Shown here one piece after another: positions 1 through 10,518 of a stretch of DNA of 64,000 nt (position 1 is its first letter; every line of letters starts with the position of its first letter). The notes beneath the pieces are model-generated. The model ran no database searches. It was not told the DNA's origin and saw only the letters and a program-made list of their open reading frames with translations. The stretch lies in assembly GCF_009914755.1 (NCBI RefSeq), contig NC_060941.1. One strand, 5' to 3'. Position numbers and translations under genes: made by a program. Source of the DNA: the human T2T-CHM13v2.0 reference genome, Homo sapiens.

Positions 1-152
1 AGCTTCATAGAAAAACTAGACAGAAGCATTCTCAGAAAATACTTTGTGATGATTGAGTTGAACTCACAGAGCTGAACATTCCTTTGGATGGAGCAGGTTT
101 GAGACACACTTTTTGTAGAATCTACAAGTGGATATTTGGACCTCTCTGAGGA

Positions 153-169
153 TTTCGTTGGAAACGGGA
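153..169 (+). promoter_or_regulatory. CENP-B box, m1 (recurs in each HOR)
   Basis: TTTCGTTGGAAACGGGA matches the 17-bp CENP-B box with core nTTCGnnnnAnnCGGGn. Confidence 0.95.
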
Positions 170-318
170 TAACTGCACCTAACTAAACGGAAGCATTCTC
201 AGAAACTTCTTGGTGATGTTTGCATTCAAATCCCAGAGTTGAACCTTCCTTTGAGAGTTCAGGTTTGAAACACTCTTTTTGTAGGATCTGCAAGTGGATA
301 TTTGGACCACTCTGTGGC

Positions 319-335
319 CTTCGTTCGAAACGGGT
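319..335 (+). promoter_or_regulatory. CENP-B box, m2 (variant form with intact core)
   Basis: CTTCGTTCGAAACGGGT retains all nine core positions. The same form occurs in m13 (~2184-2200). Confidence 0.85.
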
Positions 336-831
336 ACATCTTCGCATAAAATCTAGACAGAAGCCTTCTCAGAAACTTCTCTGTGATGATTGCATTCAAC
401 TCACAGAGTTGAACCCTCCTATGGATAGAGCAGTGTTGAAACTCTCTTTTTGTGGAATCTGCAAGCGGATATGTGGACCTCTCCGAAGATGTCTTTGGCA
501 ACGGGAATATCTTCACATAAAAACTAAACAGAAGCATTCTCAGAAACTTCTCTGTGATGTTTGTGTTCAAATCCCAGAGTTTCACATTGCTTCTCATAGA
601 GTAGTTCTGAAACATGCTTTTCGTAGTGTCTGCAAGTGGACATTTGGAGCGCTTTCAGGCCTGTGGTGGAAAACGAATTATGGTCACATAAAAACTGGAG
701 AGAAGCATTGTCAGAAACTTCTTTGTGATGATTGCATTCAAGTCACCGAGTTGAAGGTTCCTTTTCAAAGAGCAGTTTCCAATCACTCTTTCTGTGGAAT
801 CTGCAAGTGGATATTTGGACCTCTTTGAAGA

Positions 832-848
832 TTTCGTTGGAAACGGGA
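832..848 (+). promoter_or_regulatory. CENP-B box, m5
   Basis: TTTCGTTGGAAACGGGA. Confidence 0.95.
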
Positions 849-1002
849 GAATCTTCACAGAAAAGCTAAACAGAAGCATTCTCAGAAACTTCTTTGTGAT
901 GCTTGCATTCAACTCACAGAGTTGAACTTTCCTTTCGAGAGAGAAGCTTTGAAACACCCTTTTTCCAGAATCTGCAAGTGGACATTTGGAGGGCTTTGAG
1001 GC

Positions 1003-1019
1003 CTGTGGTGGAAAAGGAA
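1003..1019 (+). promoter_or_regulatory. A-type (pJalpha-like) box at the CENP-B-equivalent position, m6
   Basis: CTGTGGTGGAAAAGGAA resembles the A-type motif CTAYGGTGRAAAAGGAA. Related motifs occur in m4, m7, m11, m15 and m16. Confidence 0.65.
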
Positions 1020-1344
1020 TTATCTTCCCGTAAAAGCTAGATAGAAGCATTCTCAGAAACTACTTTGTGATGATTGCATTCAAGTCACAGAGTTGAACAT
1101 TCCCTTTGACAGAGCAGTTTGGAAACTCTCTTTGTGTAGAATCTGCAAGTGGAGATATGGACCGCTTTGAGGCCTATGGTAGTAAAGGAAATAGCTTCAT
1201 ATAAAAGCTAGACAGTAGCATTCACAGAAAACTCTTGGTGACGACTGAGTTTAACTCACAGAGCTGAACATTCCTTTGGATGGAGCAGTTTCGAAACACA
1301 CTATTTGTAGAATGTGCAAGTGGATATGTGGGCCTCTCTGAGGA

Positions 1345-1696
1345 TTTCGTTGGAAACGGGATAAACCGCACAGAACTAAACAGAAGCATTCTCAGAACCT
1401 TCTTCGTGATGTTTGCATTCAACTCACAGTGTTGAACCTTTCTTTGATAGTTCAGGTTTGAAACGGTCTTTCTGTAGAAACTGCAAGTAGATATTTGGAC
1501 CTCTCTGAGGATTTCGTTGGAAACGGGATAAACCGCACACAACTAAAACAGAAGCATTCTCAGAACCCTCTTCGTGATGTTTGCATTCAACTCACGGTGC
1601 TGAACCTTTCTTTGATAGTTCAGCTTTGAAACACTCTTTTTGTAGAAACTGCAAGTGGATATTTGGTCCTCTCTGAGGATTTCGTTGGAAACGGGA
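1345..1696 (+). promoter_or_regulatory. Three consecutive CENP-B boxes in m8, m9 and m10 (1345-1361, 1512-1528, 1680-1696)
   Basis: Three perfect TTTCGTTGGAAACGGGA motifs spaced 167 and 168 bp apart, each followed by TAAACCGCAC. Confidence 0.95.
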
Positions 1697-4600
1697 TAAA
1701 CCGCACAGAACTAAACAGAAGCATTCTCAGAACCTTCTTCGTGATGTCTGCATTCAACTCACAGTGTGGAACCTTTCTTTGATAGTTCAGGTTTGAAACA
1801 CTCTTTTTGTAGAAACTGCAAGGGGATCATTGCACTTCTTTGAGGCCTACCGTAGTAAAGGAGATAACTTCCTATAAAAAGAAGACAGAAGCTTTCTCAG
1901 AAAATTCTTTGGGATGATTGAGTTGAGCAAACAGAGCTGAACACTCCTTGCGATGTAGCAGTTTAGAAACACACTTTCTGCAGAATCTGCAAGTGCATAT
2001 GTGGACCTCTCTGAGGAAATCGTTGGAAACGGGATAATTTCAGCTGACTAAACAGAAGCAGTCTCAGAATCTTCTTTGTGATGTTTGCATTCAAATCCCA
2101 GAGTTGAACTTTCCTTTCCAAGTTCACGTTTGAAACACTCTTTTTGCAGGATCTACAAGTGGATATTTGGACCACTCTGTGTCCTTCGTTCGAAACGGGT
2201 ATATCTTCACATGACATCTAGACAGAAGCATTCTCAGAAGCTTCTCTGTGATGACTGCATTCAACTCACGGAGTTGAACACTCCTTTTGAGAGCGCAGTT
2301 TTGAAACTCTCTTTCTGTGGCATCTGCAAGGGGACATGTAGACCTCTTTGAAGATTTCGTTGGAAACGGAATCATCTTCACATAAAAACTATACAGATGC
2401 ATTCTCAGGAACTTTTTGGTGATGTTTGTATTCAACTCCCAGAGTTGAACTTTCCTTTGGAAAGAGCAGCTATGAAACACTCTTTTTCTAGAATCTGCAA
2501 GTGGACGTTTGGAGGGCTTTGTGGTTTGTGGTGGAAAAGGAAATATCTTCACCTAAATACTAGATAGAAGCATTCTCAGAAACTGCTTTGTGATGATTGC
2601 ATTCACCTCACAGAGTTGAACATTCCTATTGATAGAGCAGTTTGGAAACACTCTTGTTGTGGAATGTGCAAGTGGAGATTTGGAGCGCTTTGAGGCCTAT
2701 GGTAGTAAAGGGAATAGCTTCATAGAAAAACTAGACAGAAGCATTCTCAGAAAATACTTTGTGATGATTGAGTTGAACTCACAGAGCTGAACATTCCTTT
2801 GGATGGAGCAGGTTTGAGACACACTTTTTGTAGAATCTACAAGTGGATATTTGGACCTCTCTGAGGATTTCGTTGGAAACGGGATAACTGCACCTAACTA
2901 AACGGAAGCATTCTCAGAAACTTCTTGGTGATGTTTGCATTCAAATCCCAGAGTTGAACCTTCCTTTGAGAGTTCAGGTTTGAAACACTCTTTTTGTAGG
3001 ATCTGCAAGTGGATATTTGGACCACTCTGTGGTCTTCGTTCGAAACGGGTACATCTTCGCATAAAATCTAGACAGAAGCCTTCTCAGAAACTTCTCTGTG
3101 ATGATTGCATTCAACTCACAGAGTTGAACCCTCCTATGGATAGAGCAGTGTTGAAACTCTCTTTTTGTGGAATCTGCAAGCGGATATGTGGACCTCTCCG
3201 AAGATGTCTTTGGCAACGGGAATATCTTCACATAAAAACTAAACAGAAGCATTCTCAGAAACTTCTCTGTGATGTTTGTGTTCAACTCCCAGAGTTTCAC
3301 ATTGCTTCTCATAGAGTAGTTCCGAAACATGCTTTTCGTAGTGTCTGCAAGTGGACATTTGGAGCGCTTTCAGGCCTGTGGTGGAAAACGAATTATGGTC
3401 ACATAAAAACTGGAGAGAAGCATTGTCAGAAACTTCTTTGTGATGATTGCATTCAAGTCACAGAGTTGAAGGTTCCTTTTCAAAGAGCAGTTTCCAATCA
3501 CTCTTTCTGTGGAATCTGCAAGTGGATATTTGGACCTCTTTGAAGATTTCGTTGGAAACGGGAGAATCTTCACAGAAAAGCTAAACAGAAGCATTCTCAG
3601 AAACTTCTTTGTGATGCTTGCATTCAACTCACAGAGTTGAACTTTCCTTTCGAGAGAGAAGCTTTGAAACAGTCTTTTTCCAGAATCTGCAAGTGGACAT
3701 TTGGAGGGCTTTGAGGCCTGTGGTGGAAAAGGAATTATCTTCCCGTAAAAGCTAGATAGAAGCATTCTCAGAAACTACTTTGTGATGATTGCATTCAAGT
3801 CACAGAGTTGAACATTCCCTTTGACAGAGCAGTTTGGAAACTCTCTTTGTGTAGAATCTGCAAGTGGAGATATGGACCGCTTTGAGGACTATGGTAGTAA
3901 AGGAAATAGCTTCATATAAAAGCTAGACAGTAGCATTCACAGAAAACTCTTGGTGACGACTGAGTTTAACTCACAGAGCTGAACATTCCTTTGGATGGAG
4001 CAGTTTCGAAACACACTATTTGTAGAATGTGCAAGTGGATATGTGGGCCTCTCTGAGGATTTCGTTGGAAACGGGATAAACCGCACAGAACTAAACAGAA
4101 GCATTCTCAGAACCTTCTTCGTGATGTTTGCATTCAACTCACAGTGTTGAACCTTTCTTTGATAGTTCAGGTTTGAAACGGTCTTTCTGTAGAAACTGCA
4201 AGTAGATATTTGGACCTCTCTGAGGATTTCGTTGGAAACGGGATAAACCGCACAGAACTAAAACAGAAGCATTCTCAGAACCCTCTTCGTGATGTTTGCA
4301 TTCAACCCACGGTGCTGAACCTTTCTTTGATAGTTCAGCTTTGAAACACTCTTTTTGTAGAAACTGCAAGTGGATATTTGGTCCTCTCTGAGGATTTCGT
4401 TGGAAACGGGATAAACCGCACAGAACTAAACAGAAGCATTCTCAGAACCTTCTTCGTGATGTCTGCGTTCAACTCACAGTGTGGAACCTTTCTTTGATAG
4501 TTCAGGTTTGAAACACTCTTTTTGTAGAAACTGCAAGGGGATCATTGCACTTCTTTGAGGCCTACCGTAGTAAAGGAGATAACTTTCTACAAAAAGAAGA

Positions 4601-4730
4601 CAGAAGCTTTCTCAGAAAATTCTTTGGGATGATTGAGTTGAGCAAACAGAGCTGAACAGTCCTTGTGATGTAGCAGTTTAGAAACACACTTTCTGCAGAA
4701 TCTGCAAGTGCATATGTGGACCTCTCTGAG

Positions 4731-4749
4731 GAATTCGTTGGAAACGGGA
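4731..4749 (+). promoter_or_regulatory. EcoRI site overlapping the m12 CENP-B box
   Basis: GAATTCGTTGGAAACGGGA contains GAATTC overlapping the box ATTCGTTGGAAACGGGA. It is present in most units and polymorphic in others. Confidence 0.9.
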
Positions 4750-7700
4750 TAATTTCAGCTGACTAAACAGAAGCAGTCTCAGAATCTTCTTTGTGATGTT
4801 TGCATTCAAATCCCAGAGTTGAACTTTTCTTTCCAAGTTCACGTTTGAAACACTCTTTTTGCAGGATCTACAAGTGGATATTTGGACCACTCTGTGTCCT
4901 TCGTTCGAAACGGGTATATCTTCACATGACATCTAGACAGAAGCATTCTCAGAAGCTTCTCTGTGATGACTGCATTCAACTCACGGAGTTGAACACTCCT
5001 TTTGAGAGCGCAGTTTTGAAACTCTCTTTCTGTGGCATCTGCAAGGGGACATGTAGACCTCTTTGAAGATTTCATTGGAAACGGAATCATCTTCACATAA
5101 AAACTATACAGATGCATTCTCAGGAACTTTTTGGTGATGTTTGTATTCAACTCCCAGAGTTGAACTTTCCTTTGGAAAGAGCAGCTATGAAACACTCTTT
5201 TTCTAGAATCTGCAAGTGGACGTTTGGAGGGCTTTGTGGTTTGTGGTGGAAAAGGAAATATCTTCACCTAAATACTAGATAGAAGCATTCTCAGAAACTG
5301 CTTTGTGATGATTGCATTCACCTCACAGAGTTGACCATTCCTATTGATAGAGCAGTTTGGAAACACTCTTGTTGTGGAATGTGCAAGTGGAGATTTGGAG
5401 CGCTTTGAGGCCTATGGTAGTAAAGGGAATAGCTTCATAGAAAAACTAGACAGAAGCATTCTCAGAAAATACTTTGTGATGATTGAGTTGAACTCACAGA
5501 GCTGAACATTCCTTTGGATGGAGCAGGTTTGAGACTCACTTTTTGTAGAATCTACAAGTGGATATTTGGACCTCTCTGAGGATTTCGTTGGAAACGGGAT
5601 AACTGCACCTAACTAAACGGAAGCATTCTCAGAAACTTCTTGGTGATGTTTGCATTCAAATCCCAGAGTTGAACCTTCCTTTGAGAGTTCAGGTTTGAAA
5701 CACTCTTTTTGTAGGATCTGCAAGTGGATATTTGGACCACTCTGTGCCCTTCGTTCGAAACGGGTACATCTTCGCATAAAATCTAGACAGAAGCCTTCTC
5801 AGAAACTTCTCTGTGATGATTGCATTCAACTCACAGAGTTGAACCCTCCTATGGATAGAGCAGTGTTGAAACTCTCTTTTTGTGGAATCTGCAAGCGGAT
5901 ATGTGGACCTCTCCGAAGATGTCTTTGGCAACGGGAATATCTTCACATAAAAACTAAACAGAAGCATTCTCAGAAACTTCTCTGTGATGTTTGTGTTCAA
6001 CTCCCAGAGTTTCACATTGCTTCTCATAGAGTAGTTCTGAAACATGCTTTTCGTAGTGTCTGCAAGTGGACATTTGGAGCGCTTTCAGGCCTGTGGTGGA
6101 AAACGAATTATGGTCACATAAAAACTGGAGAGAAGCATTGTCAGAAACTTCTTTGTGATGATTGCATTCAAGTCACAGAGTTGAAGGTTCCTTTTCAAAG
6201 AGCAGTTTCCAATCACTCTTTCTGTGGAATCTGCAAGTGGATATTTGGACCTCTTTGAAGATTTCGTTGGAAACGGGAGAATCTTCACAGAAAAGCTAAA
6301 CAGAAGCATTCTCAGAAACTTCTTTGTGATGCTTGCATTCAACTCACAGAGTTGAACTTTCCTTTCGAGAGAGAAGCTTTGAAACACTCTTTTTCCAGAA
6401 TCTGCAAGTGGACATTTGGAGGGCTTTGAGGCCTGTGGTGGAAAAGGAATTATCTTCCCGTAAAAGCTAGATAGAAGCATTCTCAGAAACTACTTTGTGA
6501 TGATTGCATTCAAGTCACAGAGTTGAACATTCCCTTTGACAGAGCAGTTTGGAAACTCTCTTTGTGTAGAATCTGCAAGTGGAGATATGGACCGCTTTGA
6601 GGCCTATGGTAGTAAAGGAAATAGCTTCATATAAAAGCTAGACAGTAGCATTCACAGAAAACTCTTGGTGACGACTGAGTTTAACTCACAGAGCTGAACA
6701 TTCCTTTGGATGGAGCAGTTTCGAAACACACTATTTGTAGAATGTGCAAGTGGATATGTGGGCCTCTCTGAGGATTTCGTTGGAAACGGGATAAACCGCA
6801 CAGAACTAAACAGAAGCATTCTCAGAACCTTCTTCGTGATGTTTGCATTCAACTCACAGTGTTGAACCTTTCTTTGATAGTTCAGGTTTGAAACGGTCTT
6901 TCTGTAGAAACTGCAAGTAGATATTTGGACCTCTCTGAGGATTTCGCTGGAAACGGGATAAACCGCACACAACTAAAACAGAAGCATTCTCAGAACCTTC
7001 TTCGTGATGTCTGCATTCAACTCACGGTGCTGAACCTTTCTTTGATAGTTCAGCTTTGAAACACTCTTTTTGTAGAAACTGCAAGTGGATATTTGGTCCT
7101 CTCTGAGGATTTCGTTGGAAACGGGATAAACCGCACAGAACTAAACAGAAGCATTCTCAGAACCTTCTTCGTGATGTCTGCATTCAACTCACAGTGTGGA
7201 ACCTTTCTTTGATAGTTCAGGTTTGAAACACTCTTTTTGTAGAAACTGCAAGGGGATCATTGCACTTCTTTGAGGCCTACCGTAGTAAAGGAGATAACTT
7301 CCTATAAAAAGAAGACAGAAGCTTTCTCAGAAAATTCTTTGGGATGATTGAGTTGAACTCACAGAGCTGAGCATTCCTTGTGATGTAGCAGTTTAGAAAC
7401 ACACTTTCTGCAGAATATGCAAGTGCATATGTGGACCTCTCTGAGGAATTCGTTGGAAACGGGATAATTTCAGCTGACTAAACAGAAGCAGTCTCAGAAT
7501 GTTCTTTGTGATGTTTGCATTCAAATCCCAGAGTTGAACTTTCCTTTCCAAGTTGACGTTTGAAACACTCTTTTTGCAGGATCTACAAGTGGATATTTGG
7601 ACCACTCTGTGTCCTTCGTTCGAAACGGGTATATCTTCACATGACATCTAGACAGAAGCATTCTCAGAAGCTTCTCTGTGATGACTGCATTCAACTCACG

Positions 7701-8145
7701 GAGTTGAACACTCCTTTTGAGAGCGCAGTTTTGAAACTCTCTTTCTGTGGCATCTGCAAGGGGACATGTAGACCTCTTTGAAGATTTCGTTGGAAACGGA
7801 ATCATCTTCACATAAAAACTATACAGATGCATTCTCAGGAACTTTTTGGTGATGTTTGTATTCAACTCCCAGAGTTGAACTTTCCTTTGGAAAGAGCAGC
7901 TATGAAACACTCTTTTTCTAGAATCTGCAAGTGGACGTTTGGAGGGCTTTGTGGTTTGTGGTGGAAAAGGAAATATCTTCACCTAAATACTAGATAGAAG
8001 CATTCTCAGAAACTGCTTTGTGATGATTGCATTCACCTCACAGAGTTGAACATTCCTATTGATAGAGCAGTTTGGAAACACTCTTGTTGTGGAATGTGCA
8101 AGTGGAGATTTGGAGCGCTTTGAGGCCTATGGTAGTAAAGGGAAT

Positions 8146-10518
8146 AGCTTCATAGAAAAACTAGACAGAAGCATTCTCAGAAAATACTTTGTGATGATTG
8201 AGTTGAACTCACAGAGCTGAACATTCCTTTGGATGGAGCAGGTTTGAGACACACTTTTTGTAGAATCTACAAGTGGATATTTGGACCTCTCTGAGGATTT
8301 CGTTGGAAACGGGATAACTGCACCTAACTAAACGGAAGCATTCTCAGAAACTTCTTGGTGATGTTTGCATTCAAACCCCAGAGTTGAACCTTCCTTTGAT
8401 AGTTCAGGTTTGAAACACTCTTTTTGTAGGATCTGCAAGTGGATATTTGGACCACTCTGTGGCCTTCGTTTGAAACGGGTATATCTTCACATGACATCTA
8501 GACAGAAGCATTCTCAGAAGCTTCTCTGTGATGACTGCATTCAACTCACGGAGTTGAACACTCCTTTTGAGAGCGCAGTTTTGAAACTCTCTTTCTGTGG
8601 CATCTGCAAGGGGACATGTAGACCTCTTTGAAGATTTCGTTGGAAACGGAATCATCTTCACATAAAAACTATACAGATGCATTCTCAGGAACTTTTTGGT
8701 GATGTTTGTATCCAACTCCCAGAGTTGAACTTTCCTTTGGGAAGAGCAGCTATGAAACACTCTTTTTCTAGAATCTGCAAGTGGACATTTGGAGGGCTTT
8801 GAGGCCTGTGGTGGAAAAGGTATTATCTTCCCGTAAAAGCTAGATAGAAGCATTCTCAGAAACTACTTTGTGATGATTGCATTCAAGTCACAGAGTTGAA
8901 CATTCCCTTTGACAGAGCAGTTTGGAAACTCTCTTTGTGTAGAATCTGCAAGTGGAGATATGGACCGCTTTGAGGCCTATGGTAGTAAAGGAAATAGCTT
9001 CATATAAAAGCTAGACAGTAGCTTTCACAGAAAACTCTTGGTGACGACTGAGTTTAACTCACAGAGCTGAACATTCCTTTGGATGGAGCAGTTTCGAAAC
9101 ACACTATTTGTAGAATGTGCAAGTGGATATGTGGGCCTCTCTGAGGATTTCGTTGGAAACGGGATAAACCGCCCAGAACTAAACAGAAGCATTCTCAGAA
9201 CCTTCTTCGTGATGTTTGCATTCAACTCACAGTGTTGAACCTTTCTTTGATAGTTCAGGTTTGAAACGGTCTTTCTGTAGAAACTGCAAGTAGATATTTG
9301 GACCTCTCTGAGGATTTCGTTGGAAACGGGATAAACCGCACAGAACTAAAACAGAAGCATTCTCAGAACCCTCTTCGTGATGTTTGCATTCAACCCACGG
9401 TGCTGAACCTTTCTTTGATAGTTCAGCTTTGAAACACTCTTTTTGTAGAAACTGCAAGTGGATATTTGGTCCTCTATGAGGATTTCGTTGGAAACGGGAT
9501 AAACCGCACAGAACTAAACAGAAGCATTCTCAGAACCTTCTTCGTGATGTCTGCGTTCAACTCACAGTGTGGAACCTTTCTTTGATAGTTCAGGTTTGAA
9601 ACACTCTTTTTGTAGAAACTGCAAGGGGATCATTGCACTTCTTTGAGGCCTACCGTAGTAAAGGAGATAACTTCCTACAAAAAGAAGACAGAAGCTTTCT
9701 CAGAAAATTCTTTGGGATGATTGAGTTGAGCAAACAGAGCTGAACACTCCTTGTGATGTAGCAGTTTAGAAACACACTTTCTGCAGAATCTGCAAGTGCA
9801 TATGTGGACCTCTCTGAGGAATTCGTTGGAAACGGGATAATTTCAGCTGACTAAACAGAAGTAGTCTCAGAATCTTCTTTGTGATGTTTGCATTCAAATC
9901 CCTGAGTTGAACTTTCCTTTCCAAGTTCACGTTTGGAACACTCTTTTTGCAGGATCTACAAGTGGATATTTGGACCACTCTGTGTCCTTCGTTCGAAACG
10001 GGTATATCTTCACATGACATCTAGACAGAAGCATTCTCAGAAGCTTCTCTGTGATGACTGCATTCAACTCACGGAGTTGAACACTCCTTTTGAGAGCGCA
10101 GTTTTGAAACTCTCTTTCTGTGGCATCCGCAAGGGGACATGTAGACCTCTTTGAAGATTTCGTTGGAAACGGAATCATCTTCACATCAAAACTATACAGA
10201 TGCATTCTCAGGAACTTTTTGGTGATGTTTGTATTCAACTCCCAGAGTTGAACTTTCCTTTGGAAAGAGCAGCTATGAAACACTCTTTTTCTAGAATCTG
10301 CAAGTGGACGTTTGGAGGGCTTTGTGGTTTGTGGTGGAAAAGGAAATATCTTCACCTAAATACTAGATAGAAGCATTCTCAGAAACTGCTTTGTGATGAT
10401 TGCATTCACCTCACAGAGTTGAACATTCCTATTGATAGAGCAGTTTGGAAACACTCTTGTTGTGGAATGTGCAAGTGGAGATTTGGAGCGCTTTGAGGCC
10501 TATGGTAGTAAAGGGAAT
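8146..10518 (+). repeat. Chimeric 14-mer HOR variant (2373 bp): m1, m2/13 hybrid, m14, m15/6 hybrid, m7-m16
   Basis: The period drops by 342 bp. After the m2 CENP-B box the sequence reads ATATCTTCACATGACATCTAG (m13 type), then runs through m14 and the 5' part of m15. It switches to the m6 tail (GGACATTT...GAGGCCTGTGG...CCCGTAAAAGC) by 8787. Confidence 0.93.

Larger units (their letters stand above)
27..2741 (+). repeat. Canonical 16-monomer HOR unit (2715 bp), representative copy
   Basis: Monomer starts are 27, 194, 364, 535, 706, 877, 1048, 1219, 1387, 1555, 1722, 1892, 2059, 2229, 2400 and 2571, with the next unit at 2742. Lengths are 167, 170, 171x5, 168, 168, 167, 170, 167, 170 and 171x3, summing to 2715. 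Similarity classes are m1~m8~m12, m2~m13, m3~m5~m14, m4~m6~m15 and m7~m16, consistent with SF3 W1-W5. Confidence 0.95.

Noticed and set aside
220-828. 202-aa ORF repeated in most HORs, Cys/His-rich with internal ~57-aa repeats
   Set aside because: 171 bp is 57 codons, so the repeats are just translated monomers. It starts at TTG, has no recognisable domain or C2H2 spacing, and is broken by stops in some copies (46273, 48511).
1288-1297. Palindrome GTTTCGAAAC in m8 as a cruciform or regulatory site
   Set aside because: It is only 10 bp, plausible by chance in a 2.7-kb unit, and the sequence gives no support for function.
2355-2371. CENP-B-like boxes in m14 (TTTCGTTGGAAACGGAA) and m3 (TGTCTTTGG(C/A)AACGGGA)
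   Set aside because: Core positions are broken (CGGA for CGGG in m14, no TTCG in m3), so they are not counted as functional boxes.
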